Of a stretch of 64,000 nucleotides of DNA, positions 49,418 to 60,880 are shown in pieces. This DNA comes from an uncultured bacterium (GTDB taxonomy: Bacteria > Desulfobacterota_D > UBA1144 > Nemesobacterales > UBA2774). The first letter of the stretch is position 1. Every line of letters begins with the position of its first letter. The notes beneath the pieces are model-generated. The model made no database searches. It was not told the DNA's origin and saw only the letters and a list, made by a program, of their open reading frames with translations. Location of the stretch: contig CAVPJU010000010.1 in the NCBI GenBank assembly GCA_963705505.1, positions 802,017 through 866,016 of the forward strand. Reading direction: 5' to 3'. A program made the translations under genes and the position numbers.

Positions 49418-49639
49418 TCATTTTTTCAGCCTATAAGTTATTCTGCCCTTTGTAAGATCATAAGGGGAAAGCTCAAGCTTTACCTTATCCCCGGGCAGGA
49501 TACGTATAAAACGTGTCCTCATTTTACCGGAAACATAAGCGAGCACTTCATGCCCGCCCTCAATTTCTACTCTGAACATTGCATTAGGCAGTGCCTCGAT
49601 TACCGTACCCTCAAACTCTATTCTTTCTTCTTTCGCCAT
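49418..49639 (-). CDS. infA: Translation initiation factor IF-1
   Basis: [28 protein letters not shown]. Confidence 0.97.
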   Translation of the reverse strand: MAKEERIEFEGTVIEALPNAMFRVEIEGGHEVLAYVSGKMRTRFIRILPGDKVKLELSPYDLTKGRITYRLKK

Positions 49640-49646
49640 ATATTTT

Positions 49647-50405
49647 TTATTGTGTCAGTACTACCGGCCCTTCTTCCGTAACTGCAACCGTATGTTCGAA
49701 ATGAGCCGAGAGCGTGCCGTCAACCGTCACAGCCGTCCACCCGTCGCTCAATATCTTGACATCGGGCCTGCCGACATTGACCATCGGCTCTATTGCAATC
49801 ACCATTCCGGCCTTGAGCTTAATCCCCTTTCCGTGGCTCCCGTTCTCGGGAACGAAGTTCGGGACCTGAGGGTCTTCATGAAGCTTCCTTCCGATCCCGT
49901 GTCCGACAAAGGACCTCACGATCGAAAACCCCTCCTCCTCAACGTAACTTTGAATAGCGCCCGAAATATCGAAGAGCCTGTGTCCCGGATGAGCCTCCGT
50001 GATCCCCCTCTTAAGGGATTCCTCGGTGACCATCAATAGCTTCCGGGCGAGCGAGGATACGTTCCCCACGGGCACCGTTATCGCGGAATCGCCGTAATAC
50101 CCGTCCAGGTTGACGCCGAAATCAAGGCCGATTATATCGCCTTCCTTCAGAATCTTTTTCTTAGACGGTATCCCGTGCACGACCTCGTCGTTCACTGCAA
50201 AACAGACCGATGCAGGGTAATTCGAATAGCCCTTGAACGCAGGCTTCGCGCCCTTTTTCAATGCGAGCTCCTCTGCCATCCTGTCGAGGTCCCACGTAGA
50301 AACTCCGGGCACGACGTTCTCCCTGAGCCTGCCTAGGGCCTCCACGACCACCTGTGCCGCATTGCGCATCTTACCGATCTCTTCCTTGTTCTTTAAATAA
50401 ATCAT
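49647..50405 (-). CDS. map: Methionine aminopeptidase type I
   Basis: VVHGIP, GYYGDSA, GHGIG..LHEDP, AIEPM, SAHFEHT. Confidence 0.96.
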   Translation of the reverse strand: MIYLKNKEEIGKMRNAAQVVVEALGRLRENVVPGVSTWDLDRMAEELALKKGAKPAFKGYSNYPASVCFAVNDEVVHGIPSKKKILKEGDIIGLDFGVNLDGYYGDSAITVPVGNVSSLARKLLMVTEESLKRGITEAHPGHRLFDISGAIQSYVEEEGFSIVRSFVGHGIGRKLHEDPQVPNFVPENGSHGKGIKLKAGMVIAIEPMVNVGRPDVKILSDGWTAVTVDGTLSAHFEHTVAVTEEGPVVLTQ

Positions 50406-50974
50406 ACATTCAAACCCGCCAATACCCCGTCTATCCTGTCGAACACCGCGTCTATAGTCCCCATACCTTCAATTTCAAATAATACGCCCTCATCGGCATA
50501 GTACGACTTTAAGGGTTCAGTCTGACTACGGTAGACCTTGAGTCTGTTCCTGACGACTTCCTCCGTGTCATCCTTTCTTCCTTCTATTTTTTGACGTTCG
50601 AGTATTCTCTTCACTATTTCCTCATCCCCAACTTCTATAGATACGACGGCATCTACCGTCTTCCCCTCGGAATTCAGCATCTCGCTCAAAGCCTCGGCCT
50701 GGGGCACGGTGCGGGGGAAGCCGTCCAACAAAAATCCGTTCTGCGCGTCCCTCTCCGCGATCCTGTCCTTAATGATACCGATGACCACACCGTCGGGCAC
50801 AAGCTCACCCTTTTCCATGTAGGAATTTGCCAATATGCCTAGCTCGGTCCCTTGTCTTACAGCGGCTCTCAGCATATCACCTGTCGAAATGTGCGCAGTC
50901 ATGTATTTATCCGTTATCTTCTTTGCCTGAGTCCCTTTCCCTGCTCCGGGCGGACCGAATAAAATCAATCTCAT
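50402..50974 (-). CDS. adk: Adenylate kinase (short LID)
   Basis: GPPGAGKGTQA, HISTGDMLR, LLDGFPRT. Confidence 0.96.
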   Translation of the reverse strand: MRLILFGPPGAGKGTQAKKITDKYMTAHISTGDMLRAAVRQGTELGILANSYMEKGELVPDGVVIGIIKDRIAERDAQNGFLLDGFPRTVPQAEALSEMLNSEGKTVDAVVSIEVGDEEIVKRILERQKIEGRKDDTEEVVRNRLKVYRSQTEPLKSYYADEGVLFEIEGMGTIDAVFDRIDGVLAGLNV

Positions 50975-50989
50975 TCATTAACTCCGAGG

Positions 50990-52309
50990 TCAAACGTTGT
51001 ATCTCCTGGGACCCTTCATTCCGCGCTTCCTGACAAAACCCTCATAACTATGGGTAATCAGGAAGGACTCTATCTGCTGTACAAAATCGAGCGTCACACC
51101 CACGACGATCAGGAGGGATGTGCCTCCGAAGCGGAACGGGAGATTGAACGGCTCCCGCTGCAGGAAGGAAGGTATCACGCAAATAAAAGCCACATATATA
51201 GCACCTATAAAAGTAATTCTTCCCAGGATTTTGTCAATGTATTCGGCTGTCTTCTTACCCGGCCTGATTCCCGGAATAAATCCGCCGTTTTTCCTCAAAT
51301 TATCCGCCAGGTCGTCCGGGTTGTATATTATTGCAGTATAAAAGTACGCGAAAAATATGATTAAAGCCGCAAATATAATATCATACACAATTATATTTCG
51401 AAATAACAAATCCGACATATCCCTCAGGAACGGAACGTTTATGAAAGTGAGCACCGTAGCGGGAAATATGAGGAGTGACGATGCGAAAATCGGAGGTATT
51501 ACTCCGGCGGTGTTCGTCTTGAGCGGGAGGTGCGAGGACTGCCCCCCGAACACCTTTCTGCCCACGACCCTTCTCGGGTATTGTACCGGTATCTTGCGGT
51601 AAGACCTCTCCATAAATACTATAAACCCTACTATAAGCACGAGCAGCATAAAAATCAGAGCGACTCCGAATACGGTCAATTCGCCCGTGCTGATGAGCCT
51701 TATTATATCCCACAGCCCTCTGGGCAAACCGACGATGATCGACGCCGCGATAATGAGGGATATTCCGTTCCCTATGCCCCGTTCGGTTATCTGCTCCCCG
51801 ATCCACATTACGAAAAGAGAACCCGCGGTCAGGGTGAGCACTGTCATGATCCTGAACGTCCATCCGGCGTCCTTCACGACGGCTGCGCCGGAACCTATCC
51901 CGCCCTCGAGCGTGATCGCAAGCATAAAACCCTGAATTAAACAAATCAAAACTGTTCCGTAACGGGAGTATTGATTTATCTTTCTCCTTCCGGCTTCCCC
52001 TTCTTTTTGCATTGCCTCAAGCGTCGGGAACGCCTTAACGAGCAGGGACATGATAATAGAGGAGGTAATGTAGGGCATTACTCCCAAAGCGAAGACGGAT
52101 GCATGCTGAAGCGCCCCGCCCGAAAACATATTCAAGATGTCAAAGATCGTACCCTTTGTCTGGTCGAAGAGCTTTACTATCTGTTCAGGGTCTATTCCCG
52201 GTATCGGAACAAAAACGCCGAGCCTGTAAACTACCAGCATTACCGCTGTGAAAAGAAGGCGTTTATTAAGCTCGGGTATTCTGGGAATAGCACCTATATT
52301 TCTATTCAT
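50990..52309 (-). CDS. secY: Preprotein translocase SecY
   Basis: ALGVMPYITSSII, GEQITERGIGNGISL, AGVIPPIFASS, FIPGIRPG, GGTSLLIVVGV. Confidence 0.97.
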   Translation of the reverse strand: MNRNIGAIPRIPELNKRLLFTAVMLVVYRLGVFVPIPGIDPEQIVKLFDQTKGTIFDILNMFSGGALQHASVFALGVMPYITSSIIMSLLVKAFPTLEAMQKEGEAGRRKINQYSRYGTVLICLIQGFMLAITLEGGIGSGAAVVKDAGWTFRIMTVLTLTAGSLFVMWIGEQITERGIGNGISLIIAASIIVGLPRGLWDIIRLISTGELTVFGVALIFMLLVLIVGFIVFMERSYRKIPVQYPRRVVGRKVFGGQSSHLPLKTNTAGVIPPIFASSLLIFPATVLTFINVPFLRDMSDLLFRNIIVYDIIFAALIIFFAYFYTAIIYNPDDLADNLRKNGGFIPGIRPGKKTAEYIDKILGRITFIGAIYVAFICVIPSFLQREPFNLPFRFGGTSLLIVVGVTLDFVQQIESFLITHSYEGFVRKRGMKGPRRYNV

Positions 52310-52737
52310 ATAGTGTTTGCCTTTCCGCCCTTTCCTTCAATTTTCAGAAGCGCGCTCTTACTGAAGGCGTCCGCTTCGACGGTGAGGGCCCGGTCGATAG
52401 ATCCGTTCCCGAGTATCTTTATAGGGTTCTTCCCCCTGACAAGGCCGGCGCCGACGAATTCATCCCGCGCCACTACATCCCCTTCGGCAAACCTGTTGAG
52501 GTCGCTAACGTTTATTATGTCGTATTTGAGCGTTTTCCTGCTCGTGAAACCGCGTTTCGGAGACCTCATTTTTAAAGGCGTCTGTCCGCCCTCGAACCAC
52601 GCGGAAACCTTTCCGCCCGACCTGGCTCTCTGGCCTTTGTGCCCCTTTCCGCTCGTTTTTCCGGTGCTCCCCGTACCCCTTCCCACTCTCTTTTTATTTT
52701 TTTTCGAACCCGGCTGGGGAGATAAATTATTAAGCAT
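52306..52737 (-). CDS. rplO: 50S ribosomal protein L15
   Basis: RVGRG.GS.GKTSGKGHKGQ, FEGGQTPL. Confidence 0.96.
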   Translation of the reverse strand: MLNNLSPQPGSKKNKKRVGRGTGSTGKTSGKGHKGQRARSGGKVSAWFEGGQTPLKMRSPKRGFTSRKTLKYDIINVSDLNRFAEGDVVARDEFVGAGLVRGKNPIKILGNGSIDRALTVEADAFSKSALLKIEGKGGKANTI

Positions 52738-52824
52738 TCTAACCCTCTTCATTCAAAATTTTTGCTAACTTACCCACAATTAATCCGCTGGGGGCAAGGT
52801 TTAACAATTACGTAAGCGAAAGCT

Positions 52825-53349
52825 TCAGTTTAAAAAAGATTTCGGAAGATCCAACTCTTTTATGTCCTTTCCCCTGACCCTTGCCACATCCTCAGGCATC
52901 CTCAGCATTGCAAGCCCGTTTATAGCAGCCTTGACTACATTGAGAGGGTTGGTCGATCCCACTACCTTCGAAAGAATGTCGTGGATTCCCGCTAGCTCCA
53001 CTACGGCCCTGACAGCTCCTCCGGCTATAACGCCCGTTCCGGGGGACGCCGGCTTTAACATCACACTGCTCGATACATGCTCACCCAGCACTTCGTGAGG
53101 GATAGTCGTGCCCTGAATAGGGATCCTGATCAGGCCTTTCTTGGCCTTTTCTATCGCCTTGCGTATCGCATCAGGCACTTCGTTCGATTTACCCAAACCT
53201 ACGCCGATAACCCCACCGGCATTACCCACCACTGCAAGCGCGGTGAAATGAAACCTCTTTCCGCCCTTGGTCACCTTGGCCACACGCCTGATGTGAACGA
53301 CTTTTTCCTTGAGCTCGAATTCGCTCGGATCAATCTTTTCTTTCTGCAA
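52825..53349 (-). CDS. rpsE: 30S ribosomal protein S5
   Basis: [24 protein letters not shown]. Likely TTG start after GGAGG. Confidence 0.96.
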   Translation of the reverse strand: MQKEKIDPSEFELKEKVVHIRRVAKVTKGGKRFHFTALAVVGNAGGVIGVGLGKSNEVPDAIRKAIEKAKKGLIRIPIQGTTIPHEVLGEHVSSSVMLKPASPGTGVIAGGAVRAVVELAGIHDILSKVVGSTNPLNVVKAAINGLAMLRMPEDVARVRGKDIKELDLPKSFLN

Positions 53350-53379
53350 GAACACCTCCACCAATTAATAACGGTATTA

Positions 53380-53751
53380 TCAAAACTCGAGACCGGCTTC
53401 TCTCGCCGCATCCGCAAACGCCTTAATCCTTCCGTGATAGGGGTAGCCCCCACGGTCAAAACAGACCCGCTTTATTCCCAAAGAGACCGAAAGCTCCCCG
53501 AGGTACTTGCCGATAATTTTTGCCGTATCCGTCTTTTTTCCCTTTTCCTTGCCGAGTATCTCTCTCAGTTCAGGGGTAAGCGACGAAACGGATACGAGAG
53601 TGTGTGCGTTCGAGTCATCGATTATCTGCGCATAAAAATGCTTCGACGATTTGAAGATATTCAGTCTCGGCTTTTCAGCCGTTCCGGCCAAATTCCTTCT
53701 TACCCTGATGTGCCTTATATCCCTCTTGGTATTTCTGCTAATTCTTTTCAT
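53380..53751 (-). CDS. rplR: 50S ribosomal protein L18
   Basis: KPRL..FKS.KHFYAQIIDD, FDRGGYPYHGR. Confidence 0.96.
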   Translation of the reverse strand: MKRISRNTKRDIRHIRVRRNLAGTAEKPRLNIFKSSKHFYAQIIDDSNAHTLVSVSSLTPELREILGKEKGKKTDTAKIIGKYLGELSVSLGIKRVCFDRGGYPYHGRIKAFADAAREAGLEF

Positions 53752-53752
53752 T

Positions 53753-54301
53753 TTATCCCTTTGCACCCGCCTTGCCGGGTTTAAGTTTCATTTTCTCACC
53801 CGAATACCTGATCCCTTTACCCTTATAGGAATCGGGCGGTCTCAACTCCCTCATCCTTGCCGCCGTTTGTCCGACCACCTGTTTGTCTATTCCCTGAAGA
53901 ATGATCCTGGTGCCCCTTTCCTCGACAGCCGCAGAAATCCCGTCGGGGAGTGCAAATTCGACAGGATTCGAATACCCCAGACTAAATTTGATCAAGCCCT
54001 TTCCGAGTGCCTCCGCCTTGTAGCCGACCCCGACTATGTCGAGGGTGCGTGAGAAACCTTCGCTGACGCCCATAACCATATTAGATATAACGGCCCGCGT
54101 CAGACCGTGAAGGGCCTTAATCCTCTTTTCGTCGTTCCGGCGGTCGATGAGGATTTTCTCGTCCTCAATTTTTGCATTAATTCCGTCAGGAATATCCCAG
54201 GAAAGCTTCCCTTTCCCGCCTTCGATTTCCACAATGTTTCTCCCGAGGCGTATCTTTACGCCGCTCGGAACTTTTATCGGTTTTCTTCCAATTCTAGACA
54301 T
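53753..54301 (-). CDS. rplF: 50S ribosomal protein L6
   Basis: MSRIGRKPI, RPPDSYKGKGIRY. Confidence 0.97.
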   Translation of the reverse strand: MSRIGRKPIKVPSGVKIRLGRNIVEIEGGKGKLSWDIPDGINAKIEDEKILIDRRNDEKRIKALHGLTRAVISNMVMGVSEGFSRTLDIVGVGYKAEALGKGLIKFSLGYSNPVEFALPDGISAAVEERGTRIILQGIDKQVVGQTAARMRELRPPDSYKGKGIRYSGEKMKLKPGKAGAKG

Positions 54302-54312
54302 TCAAACCTACC

Positions 54313-54705
54313 TCACAAAATTGAACAAATAAGCTCGCCGCCGACACCCTGCTGACGCGCCTCGGAGCCTGTCATGATTCCCTTGGATGTCGAAAGGATA
54401 CAAATACCTAACCCGCCCTTTACACGGGGAATTTCATTCTTGTTTACATATACCCTTCTGCTCGGCTTGCTGATTCTCTGAATCTCTTTTATAACGCTTT
54501 CTCTTTGAGGAGTGTATGCGAGAGTAATATTGATCACCTTTCTTCCGCCTTCCCCTTCAACTTTGTAATCGGCCATAAAACCCTGTTCTTTTAATATTCT
54601 TGCCAATTCGACCTTTATCTTCGAAGAAGGCAATGCCGCGGATTTATGCCCGGCTATTATGGCGTTTCGAATCCTCGTTAACATATCTGCAATTGGGTCT
54701 GTCAT
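54313..54705 (-). CDS. rpsH: 30S ribosomal protein S8
   Basis: TDPIADMLTRIRNA, STSKG. Confidence 0.97.
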   Translation of the reverse strand: MTDPIADMLTRIRNAIIAGHKSAALPSSKIKVELARILKEQGFMADYKVEGEGGRKVINITLAYTPQRESVIKEIQRISKPSRRVYVNKNEIPRVKGGLGICILSTSKGIMTGSEARQQGVGGELICSIL

Positions 54706-54757
54706 TTCTTTGATCGCCCCTCTTTCTAGTATCCCTTAATAGAAATCACCGCTTGAT

Positions 54758-54943
54758 TCACCAGCTCGACTTCCTTACCCCCGGAATCTTCCCGAAGCTG
54801 GCAAGGTCCCTGAAACACAATCTGCACATATTGAATTTCCTCAGGAATGCTCTGGGTCTGCCGCACAACGGACAACGATTCCTGCTCCTCACCGGGAACT
54901 TCGGCTCCTTAATCGATTTCTCCATCAGTGCTTTTCGCGTCAT
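54758..54943 (-). CDS. rpsN: 30S ribosomal protein S14 (short Zn-binding type Z)
   Basis: [11 protein letters not shown]...MCRLCFR...IPGVRKSSW. Confidence 0.96.
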   Translation of the reverse strand: MTRKALMEKSIKEPKFPVRSRNRCPLCGRPRAFLRKFNMCRLCFRDLASFGKIPGVRKSSW

Positions 54944-54957
54944 TGCAACCCTCTCCC

Positions 54958-55512
54958 TTAATTTGCTATAAACGGCATACCGAACTCTTTCAAGAGACCC
55001 CTGGCCTCTTCGTCGGTAGCAGCAGTAGTGACTATGCTGATATTCATACCTTTGACATGCTGAACCTTGCTGTAGTCGATCTCTGGGAAAATAATCTGCT
55101 CCCTGAGACCCAAGGTGTAGTTCCCCCGCCCGTCAAAAGCCTTTGCGGACACGCCGCGGAAGTCCCTGACTCTCGGGAGCGCGAGATTAACGAGTCTGTC
55201 CAGGAACTCATACATTTTGTTCCCGCGGAGCGTGACTGAGCATCCCACAGGCACGCCTTCTCTCAATTTGAACCCCGCGATAGACTTCCTCGCCAATCTG
55301 ACTACGGGCTTTTGTCCCGTAATGAGCGAGAGCTCCTCTATGGACTCGTCTATCACCTTTTTATCCTTACCGCCGTCGCTCAGTCTGCCCAACCCCATGT
55401 TTATGACGATCTTCTCGATCCTGGGAATCTCCATGGAGTTCTTGTAAGAAAACTTTTCCTTCAGTGACGGAACCACTTTGCTTTTATAAACTTCTTTCAG
55501 CCTGGGAGCCAT
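54958..55512 (-). CDS. rplE: 50S ribosomal protein L5
   Basis: [26 protein letters not shown]. Confidence 0.97.
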   Translation of the reverse strand: MAPRLKEVYKSKVVPSLKEKFSYKNSMEIPRIEKIVINMGLGRLSDGGKDKKVIDESIEELSLITGQKPVVRLARKSIAGFKLREGVPVGCSVTLRGNKMYEFLDRLVNLALPRVRDFRGVSAKAFDGRGNYTLGLREQIIFPEIDYSKVQHVKGMNISIVTTAATDEEARGLLKEFGMPFIAN

Positions 55513-55868
55513 TATTTCTTAATCTCCTCTCCGCTCTTTTTGCTGTATCTCACTTTTTCCCCGCTGCCGAGGACTTTATGCCCGACACGCACGGGTTTTC
55601 TCTCGGAAGTATCGTAAAGCATCAAATTAGAGATATGTATCGGGGCTTCCTTCTCGACAATCCCGCCCGTAGGGTTCTTTTGAGACTGACGTTCATGGCG
55701 CTTTACTATGTTGAGCTTCTCTACAAGTGCGCCGTCCTTTTTACGCAATACCTTTATGACCTTGCCCGTCTTGCCTTTTTCCTTCCCCGATATAACGTAA
55801 ACAGTATCGCCCGACTTAATATTCAATTTCTTTCTTTTTTGAGAATCCTTCATTGCCTTGGCACCCAC
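55512..55868 (-). CDS. rplX: 50S ribosomal protein L24
   Basis: [23 protein letters not shown]. Confidence 0.96.
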   Translation of the reverse strand: MGAKAMKDSQKRKKLNIKSGDTVYVISGKEKGKTGKVIKVLRKKDGALVEKLNIVKRHERQSQKNPTGGIVEKEAPIHISNLMLYDTSERKPVRVGHKVLGSGEKVRYSKKSGEEIKK

Positions 55869-55869
55869 T

Positions 55870-56238
55870 TTAAACTACCTCCGGTGCGAGAGAGATTATT
55901 TTCATAAACCCCTTAGTGCGGAGCTCTCTGGCGATGGGACCGAAAACGCGGGTTCCCAAAGGCTCATTGTCCTTCGTAATAAGCACGGCGGCATTGTTAT
56001 CGAACCTGACGTACGATCCGTCGGTCCTTCTCTGCTCTTTCCTGGTTCGCACAATCACAGCCCTGTGTACCGTCCCCTTTTCAACCTTTGAGTTGGGAAT
56101 AGCCTCTTTAATGGATACTACGATTATATCCCCGAGCCTCGCATACTTCCTGCGCGTGCCGCCAAGCACCTTTATACAGTAGAGTCTCTTGGCGCCGGTG
56201 TTATCCGCGGACTCCAAAAATGTTGTCGAGCTAATCAC
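55870..56238 (-). CDS. rplN: 50S ribosomal protein L14
   Basis: [25 protein letters not shown]. Confidence 0.97.
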   Translation of the reverse strand: MISSTTFLESADNTGAKRLYCIKVLGGTRRKYARLGDIIVVSIKEAIPNSKVEKGTVHRAVIVRTRKEQRRTDGSYVRFDNNAAVLITKDNEPLGTRVFGPIARELRTKGFMKIISLAPEVV

Positions 56239-56537
56239 TCCGATTTCCCTCCTACATTCTCTCCGTCCACTTCAATCTCCACTTGAACGCCGTGCTCCAG
56301 AATCTTGCTGACCCTCCATCTTTTTGTCTTGCTGTAGGGCCGGGTTTCGAGTATCAGGACCTTATCGCCCACCTTGCACTGCTCATTTTCGTCGTGGGCT
56401 TTGAATTTAGTATTGCTCTTGACAGCCTTTTTATATCTAGGGTCCTTCTTGATCTGTTTCACGTCGACGACGACAGTCTTATCCATTTTATCGCTGACGA
56501 CGGTCCCGATTTTCGTTTTATATTTCCCTCTCGGCAT
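56235..56537 (-). CDS. rpsQ: 30S ribosomal protein S17
   Basis: [28 protein letters not shown]. Confidence 0.96.
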   Translation of the reverse strand: MPRGKYKTKIGTVVSDKMDKTVVVDVKQIKKDPRYKKAVKSNTKFKAHDENEQCKVGDKVLILETRPYSKTKRWRVSKILEHGVQVEIEVDGENVGGKSE

Positions 56538-56541
56538 TAAA

Positions 56542-56745
56542 CTAGCTTCTCCCTGTTGAAATTTCCTTCTCTCTTATTATGGTCAGGAGACGGGCGAGGT
56601 CTTTTTTCAACTTCCCCATTCTCGCTACATTCGTCGTCTGCTGGGTGCTTATCTGGAGCCTCAGATTGAAGATTTCCTCAGTTAATTCGGTCCTCTTCTT
56701 ATTCAACTCGCTCTCGGTCAATTCTCTGATTTCGCTTGCCTTCAT
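56542..56745 (-). CDS. rpmC: 50S ribosomal protein L29
   Basis: MKASEIREL...FNLR.Q...KDLARLLT. Confidence 0.94.
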   Translation of the reverse strand: MKASEIRELTESELNKKRTELTEEIFNLRLQISTQQTTNVARMGKLKKDLARLLTIIREKEISTGRS

Positions 56746-57167
56746 CCGAGTATCTCCCCCTCGTGACGGGATACGAGACGCGTTTTAACGGGTAGCTTAT
56801 GAGACGCGAGTCTGAAAGCTTCTTTGGCAATGTCCAGAGGAAGCCCGCTAATCTCATATATCATCGTCCCCCTCCTCACCGGAGCTACGTAGCTGTCGAC
56901 GTCCCCCTTACCTTTACCCATCCTTGTCTCGGCAGGTTTTTTGGTTATCGACTTATGGGGGAATATCCTTATCCAGAGCTTCGCTCCCCTCTTAACATGG
57001 CGGGTTATTGCGATTCGGGCGGCTTCGATCTGCCTTGATGTCAGCTTTCCGCCCTCGACGGACTGGAGTCCGTATTCGCCGAAAGCCATCGCCGCTCCTT
57101 TCGTCGCCTTCCCCCTTATTCTTCCCTTATGGAGCTTTCTATATTTTGTACGTGCGGGCTGTAACAT
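56742..57167 (-). CDS. rplP: 50S ribosomal protein L16
   Basis: [24 protein letters not shown]. Confidence 0.97.
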   Translation of the reverse strand: MLQPARTKYRKLHKGRIRGKATKGAAMAFGEYGLQSVEGGKLTSRQIEAARIAITRHVKRGAKLWIRIFPHKSITKKPAETRMGKGKGDVDSYVAPVRRGTMIYEISGLPLDIAKEAFRLASHKLPVKTRLVSRHEGEILG

Positions 57168-57179
57168 TTTTTATCACCG

Positions 57180-57833
57180 TCAAACTGCCTGTTTGTGTCT
57201 CCTTTCGAGGACTTCGCCTTTAAAAATCCAAACCTTTATGCCTATTATTCCGTATGTTGTTTTCGCCTGGGCAAATCCGTAGTCTATATCGGCACGCAGT
57301 GTCGCAAGGGGGACTCTGCCCTCCCTGTACCACTCCTGCCTCGCTATTTCCGCTCCGCCCAGCCTTCCGGAGACCATAATTTTTATACCTAAGGCGCCTA
57401 ACCTGAGAGCGGATGCGATGCCCCTCTTCATGGCGCGCCTGTAAGCCACACGCCTTTCTATCTGAAGCGCAACATTCTCCGCCACAAGCTGGGAATCGAT
57501 TTCAGGTCTTTTGACTTCGCGGATATCCAGATAAATATCCTTGCCGGTCATTTTGGACAGCCTCTGGCGGAGCGATTCGATCTCCTGCCCTTTCCGTCCG
57601 ATTATCATGCCGGGGCGGGCGGAATTGATCACGATTCTCACCCTTTCAGAAGCGGCGCGCTCGAGCTCGATCTTGGAAATCGCGGCCTGATAGAACTCTT
57701 TTTTGATAAGATTCCTGATTTTAATATCCTCGTGCAGAAGCGCCGTGTATTTCTTCTTCTCCGCAAACCACTTGGAGTCCCAAGTTTTAGTAATTCCCAG
57801 TCTAAGCCCTATCGGGCACACTTTCTGACCCAA
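57180..57833 (-). CDS. rpsC: 30S ribosomal protein S3
   Basis: [36 protein letters not shown]. Likely TTG start. Confidence 0.97.
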   Translation of the reverse strand: MGQKVCPIGLRLGITKTWDSKWFAEKKKYTALLHEDIKIRNLIKKEFYQAAISKIELERAASERVRIVINSARPGMIIGRKGQEIESLRQRLSKMTGKDIYLDIREVKRPEIDSQLVAENVALQIERRVAYRRAMKRGIASALRLGALGIKIMVSGRLGGAEIARQEWYREGRVPLATLRADIDYGFAQAKTTYGIIGIKVWIFKGEVLERRHKQAV

Positions 57834-57834
57834 T

Positions 57835-58173
57835 TTATAGCCCCCTCTCTTCAAGTACTATCGTAATATGGCTCATTCTTTTTTTCCTCGATGCAGCCCT
57901 TCCCATGGCCCTCGCCCTGATTCTCTTAAGCGTAGGCCCCTTGGAGGCGTAGACTTCCTTGATATAAAGCGTTTCCGTATCGCCGTGACCCCTCTCCGCA
58001 GCATTCGCTACGGCGGATTTGAGCAGCTGTGCGATATCGGGCGCCGACCTTCTGCGGAGCGCAGAAAGTATCGTGAAGGCGTCTTCAACACCGTTCCCCC
58101 TTATTAAATCCAAAACGGGGCCCAGCTTCTTAGGCGACGACCTGTAGTATTTTCTTACGGCTTGCGAAACCAT
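57835..58173 (-). CDS. rplV: 50S ribosomal protein L22
   Basis: [32 protein letters not shown]. Confidence 0.96.
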   Translation of the reverse strand: MVSQAVRKYYRSSPKKLGPVLDLIRGNGVEDAFTILSALRRRSAPDIAQLLKSAVANAAERGHGDTETLYIKEVYASKGPTLKRIRARAMGRAASRKKRMSHITIVLEERGL

Positions 58174-58185
58174 TGTATTCCCTTT

Positions 58186-58479
58186 TTACTCGGATTTGGG
58201 TTTAGTAATTTTTGCCTTTCTATCACCGGAATGACCCGTAAAGGTTCTCGTAGGAGAAAATTCGCCCAATTTATGGCCGACCATATGCTCAGTGACATAT
58301 ACGGGAATGAACTTCCTCCCGTTGTGGACCGCAAACGTGACGCCGATCATATCCGGGGTGACCATGGAATTCCTCGACCACGTTCTTACAATACGCGAGC
58401 TGCCCGTAGACTTTTCGGCTTCCGCCTTTTTCAGCAGCTTTTCACTGACATAGGGACCTTTCTTACTCGACCTCGGCAT
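58186..58479 (-). CDS. rpsS: 30S ribosomal protein S19
   Basis: [25 protein letters not shown]. Confidence 0.97.
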   Translation of the reverse strand: MPRSSKKGPYVSEKLLKKAEAEKSTGSSRIVRTWSRNSMVTPDMIGVTFAVHNGRKFIPVYVTEHMVGHKLGEFSPTRTFTGHSGDRKAKITKPKSE

Positions 58480-58488
58480 AACCTCTCC

Positions 58489-59331
58489 TTAATCCATTCC
58501 GTAACCGATTCTTCTGCGTTTTACTATGAATTTATCGGTTCTCTTATTCTTTCTCGTTTTGTACCCGATCGTTATCCATCCCCACGGCGATACAGGGTGA
58601 GGATTCCCCTTGCTGGCCTTTCCTTCTCCGCCGCCGTGCGGATGATCGACGGGGTTCATTGCGACCCCTCTCACGTGAGGACGCCTGCCTATGTGTCTCT
58701 GTCTTCCCGCTTTTCCTATCGAGATCAACTCGTGCTCGGCGTTGCCGATCTTACCCACCGAAGCCATGCATTCGATGTTTATCAACCGTATCTCGCCGGA
58801 GGTCAATTTTATCTGGGCATACGCGCCTTCCTTGGCTACGATCTGCACCGAAGCCCCCGCCGCCCTCGCAAGCTTGCCTCCACCCTTCGGCTTCATCTCC
58901 ACATTGTGGACGACCGTACCGACAGGGATGCTTTTAAGGGGGAGCGCGTTGCCGACTGAAACTTCGACATTTTCCCCGGACATTACCGAATCCCCGACTT
59001 TCAAGCCCTCGGGCGCCAGCATGTATCTCTTTTCTCCGTCAGTATAAAAAAGCAGCGCTATCCTTGCCGAGCGGTTGGGATCGTATTCGATAGATACAAC
59101 TTTTGCGGGTATATCGTACTTGTCCCGTTTGAAATCAATTTCCCTGTAGAGACGCTTGTTGCCCCCTCCCTTCTGAAAACTGGTAATCCTTCCCTGGAAA
59201 TTCCTGCCGCCCCTTTTCTTCAACGGCGACGTAAGGGGTTTATGAGGACTGTCCGCCGTAATGTCGGAATAATCAGACCCTGATCTGAATCTCGTCCCCG
59301 CGCTTGTGGGTCGGAATTTTTTAATGCCCAT
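58489..59331 (-). CDS. rplB: 50S ribosomal protein L2
   Basis: [31 protein letters not shown]. Confidence 0.98.
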   Translation of the reverse strand: MGIKKFRPTSAGTRFRSGSDYSDITADSPHKPLTSPLKKRGGRNFQGRITSFQKGGGNKRLYREIDFKRDKYDIPAKVVSIEYDPNRSARIALLFYTDGEKRYMLAPEGLKVGDSVMSGENVEVSVGNALPLKSIPVGTVVHNVEMKPKGGGKLARAAGASVQIVAKEGAYAQIKLTSGEIRLINIECMASVGKIGNAEHELISIGKAGRQRHIGRRPHVRGVAMNPVDHPHGGGEGKASKGNPHPVSPWGWITIGYKTRKNKRTDKFIVKRRRIGYGMD

Positions 59332-59333
59332 TA

Positions 59334-59621
59334 TTAAACTCCCTCAAATAACTCTATTGTGCCTTCCTTCAGTTCAACATAAGCCTTTTTAATCGACTGC
59401 CTCTTGCCCGCAACCCTTCCGGCCCTCTTCACCTTCTTGCCGGTCGTGACGAGCGTTCTGACTTTGCCGACTTTCACCTTGAATATTTTTTCGACAGCGT
59501 CTTTGATTTCCTGCTTGTTCGATTTCCTATCGACAGAAAAAACGTACCAATTCTTCTCTCTCGCATCCGAGGATTTTTCCGTTACGAGCGGACGCTTTAT
59601 TATTTGCCTGGGGTCTTTCAA
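59334..59621 (-). CDS. rplW: 50S ribosomal protein L23
   Basis: [30 protein letters not shown]. Confidence 0.96.
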   Translation of the reverse strand: MKDPRQIIKRPLVTEKSSDAREKNWYVFSVDRKSNKQEIKDAVEKIFKVKVGKVRTLVTTGKKVKRAGRVAGKRQSIKKAYVELKEGTIELFEGV

Positions 59622-60241
59622 TTTTTAAGGACCTCCTGAGCGCGGAGAAGCGATTCCTCAGTCATTACGAGCGTATCGAACCTGAGGATATCGTATACAT
59701 TAATCCCGTCTATCTTGATCACCTTTACGTTAGGTATGTTCCTTGAAGATTTAAGGAGATTCCCGTTATCGCCCCCTACTATTATGAGGGCGGATTTTAA
59801 TTCGAATTTCTTTATAAAGTCGGCGACCTGTTTTGTTTTCACAACCGGGAGATTGATTTCGTTGAGTGCCAGCATCCTGCCTTCACTGTATTTTAAGGAT
59901 AAGGAGCTTAACAAAGCCTGCCGCTTACTTTTCTTGTTTAACGAATAGGACCAGTCTTTGGGCTTTGGCCCGAATATTATTGCGCCCTTTCTCCACTGAG
60001 GCGCCCTTATGCTCCCCTGACGGGCGCGCCCGAGGTGCTTCTGTTTCCACGGCTTTTTTCCGCCGCCGCTGACTTCGCCCCTCTCCTTTGTCGAAGATGT
60101 CCCGGCGCGTCTTTTCGTAAGCTGCCAGCTGACAACGGTATGGAGCAGGTGCTTTCTGACCGGTACTTCAAATATAGCGGGATCGAGGTCTATACTGCCC
60201 ACTTTACCCTTATCCAGATTATAAACATCAAGCTGCGGCAC
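59618..60241 (-). CDS. rplD: 50S ribosomal protein L4
   Basis: RGEVSGGGKKPWKQK..GRARQGSIRAPQW. Confidence 0.97.
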   Translation of the reverse strand: MPQLDVYNLDKGKVGSIDLDPAIFEVPVRKHLLHTVVSWQLTKRRAGTSSTKERGEVSGGGKKPWKQKHLGRARQGSIRAPQWRKGAIIFGPKPKDWSYSLNKKSKRQALLSSLSLKYSEGRMLALNEINLPVVKTKQVADFIKKFELKSALIIVGGDNGNLLKSSRNIPNVKVIKIDGINVYDILRFDTLVMTEESLLRAQEVLKN

Positions 60242-60875
60242 TTTCTCTGCTCCCTTTAGAAGTTCTCTTTATAATTACCACGCCGCCCCTGGGACCGGGA
60301 ACCGATCCTTGTATAATGATCAGGTTCTTATCCGTGTCCACCTTGAACACCCGGAGGCCCTGCATTGTCACCCTCTCGTGACCCATATGTCCGGGCATTC
60401 TCTGCCCCTTCCATACCCTCGCCGGATACGTGTTGGAGCCGATGCCACCCGGCCGTCTGTGAGCCATGCCGCCGTGAGACGCGGGCTGCCCGCTGAAATG
60501 GTGTCTCTTCATCGCTCCGGCAAAGCCCTTACCTTTGCTGGTCCCGACCACATCGACCGTTTCCCCTTCCTTGAATACGTCGGCTTTAATCTGATCGCCG
60601 GGCTTGTAATCGCCTTCGGATGCGCTGAACTCCGCAATATGCCTCAAGGGCGAAACTCCGGCCTTTTTAAAATGTCCCAGCATCGGTTTTGTAACCCTCT
60701 GGGGCTTAACCTCTTCAAAACCTATCTGAAGGGCTTCATAACCGTCCTTGCCTGCGGTCTTTTTCTGAACCACGAAGCACGGACCCGCTTCGATGACGGT
60801 GGCAACCACTGCCGTGCCGTTCTCGAGAAAAAATTCAGTCATTCCCAGTTTTTTGCCTATTATTCCTTCAATCAT
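60228..60875 (-). CDS. rplC: 50S ribosomal protein L3
   Basis: GKKLGMT, SKGKGFAG.MKR, GQRMPGHMG, GSVPG. Confidence 0.97.
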   Translation of the reverse strand: MIEGIIGKKLGMTEFFLENGTAVVATVIEAGPCFVVQKKTAGKDGYEALQIGFEEVKPQRVTKPMLGHFKKAGVSPLRHIAEFSASEGDYKPGDQIKADVFKEGETVDVVGTSKGKGFAGAMKRHHFSGQPASHGGMAHRRPGGIGSNTYPARVWKGQRMPGHMGHERVTMQGLRVFKVDTDKNLIIIQGSVPGPRGGVVIIKRTSKGSRESAAA

Positions 60876-60880
60876 TTGAA

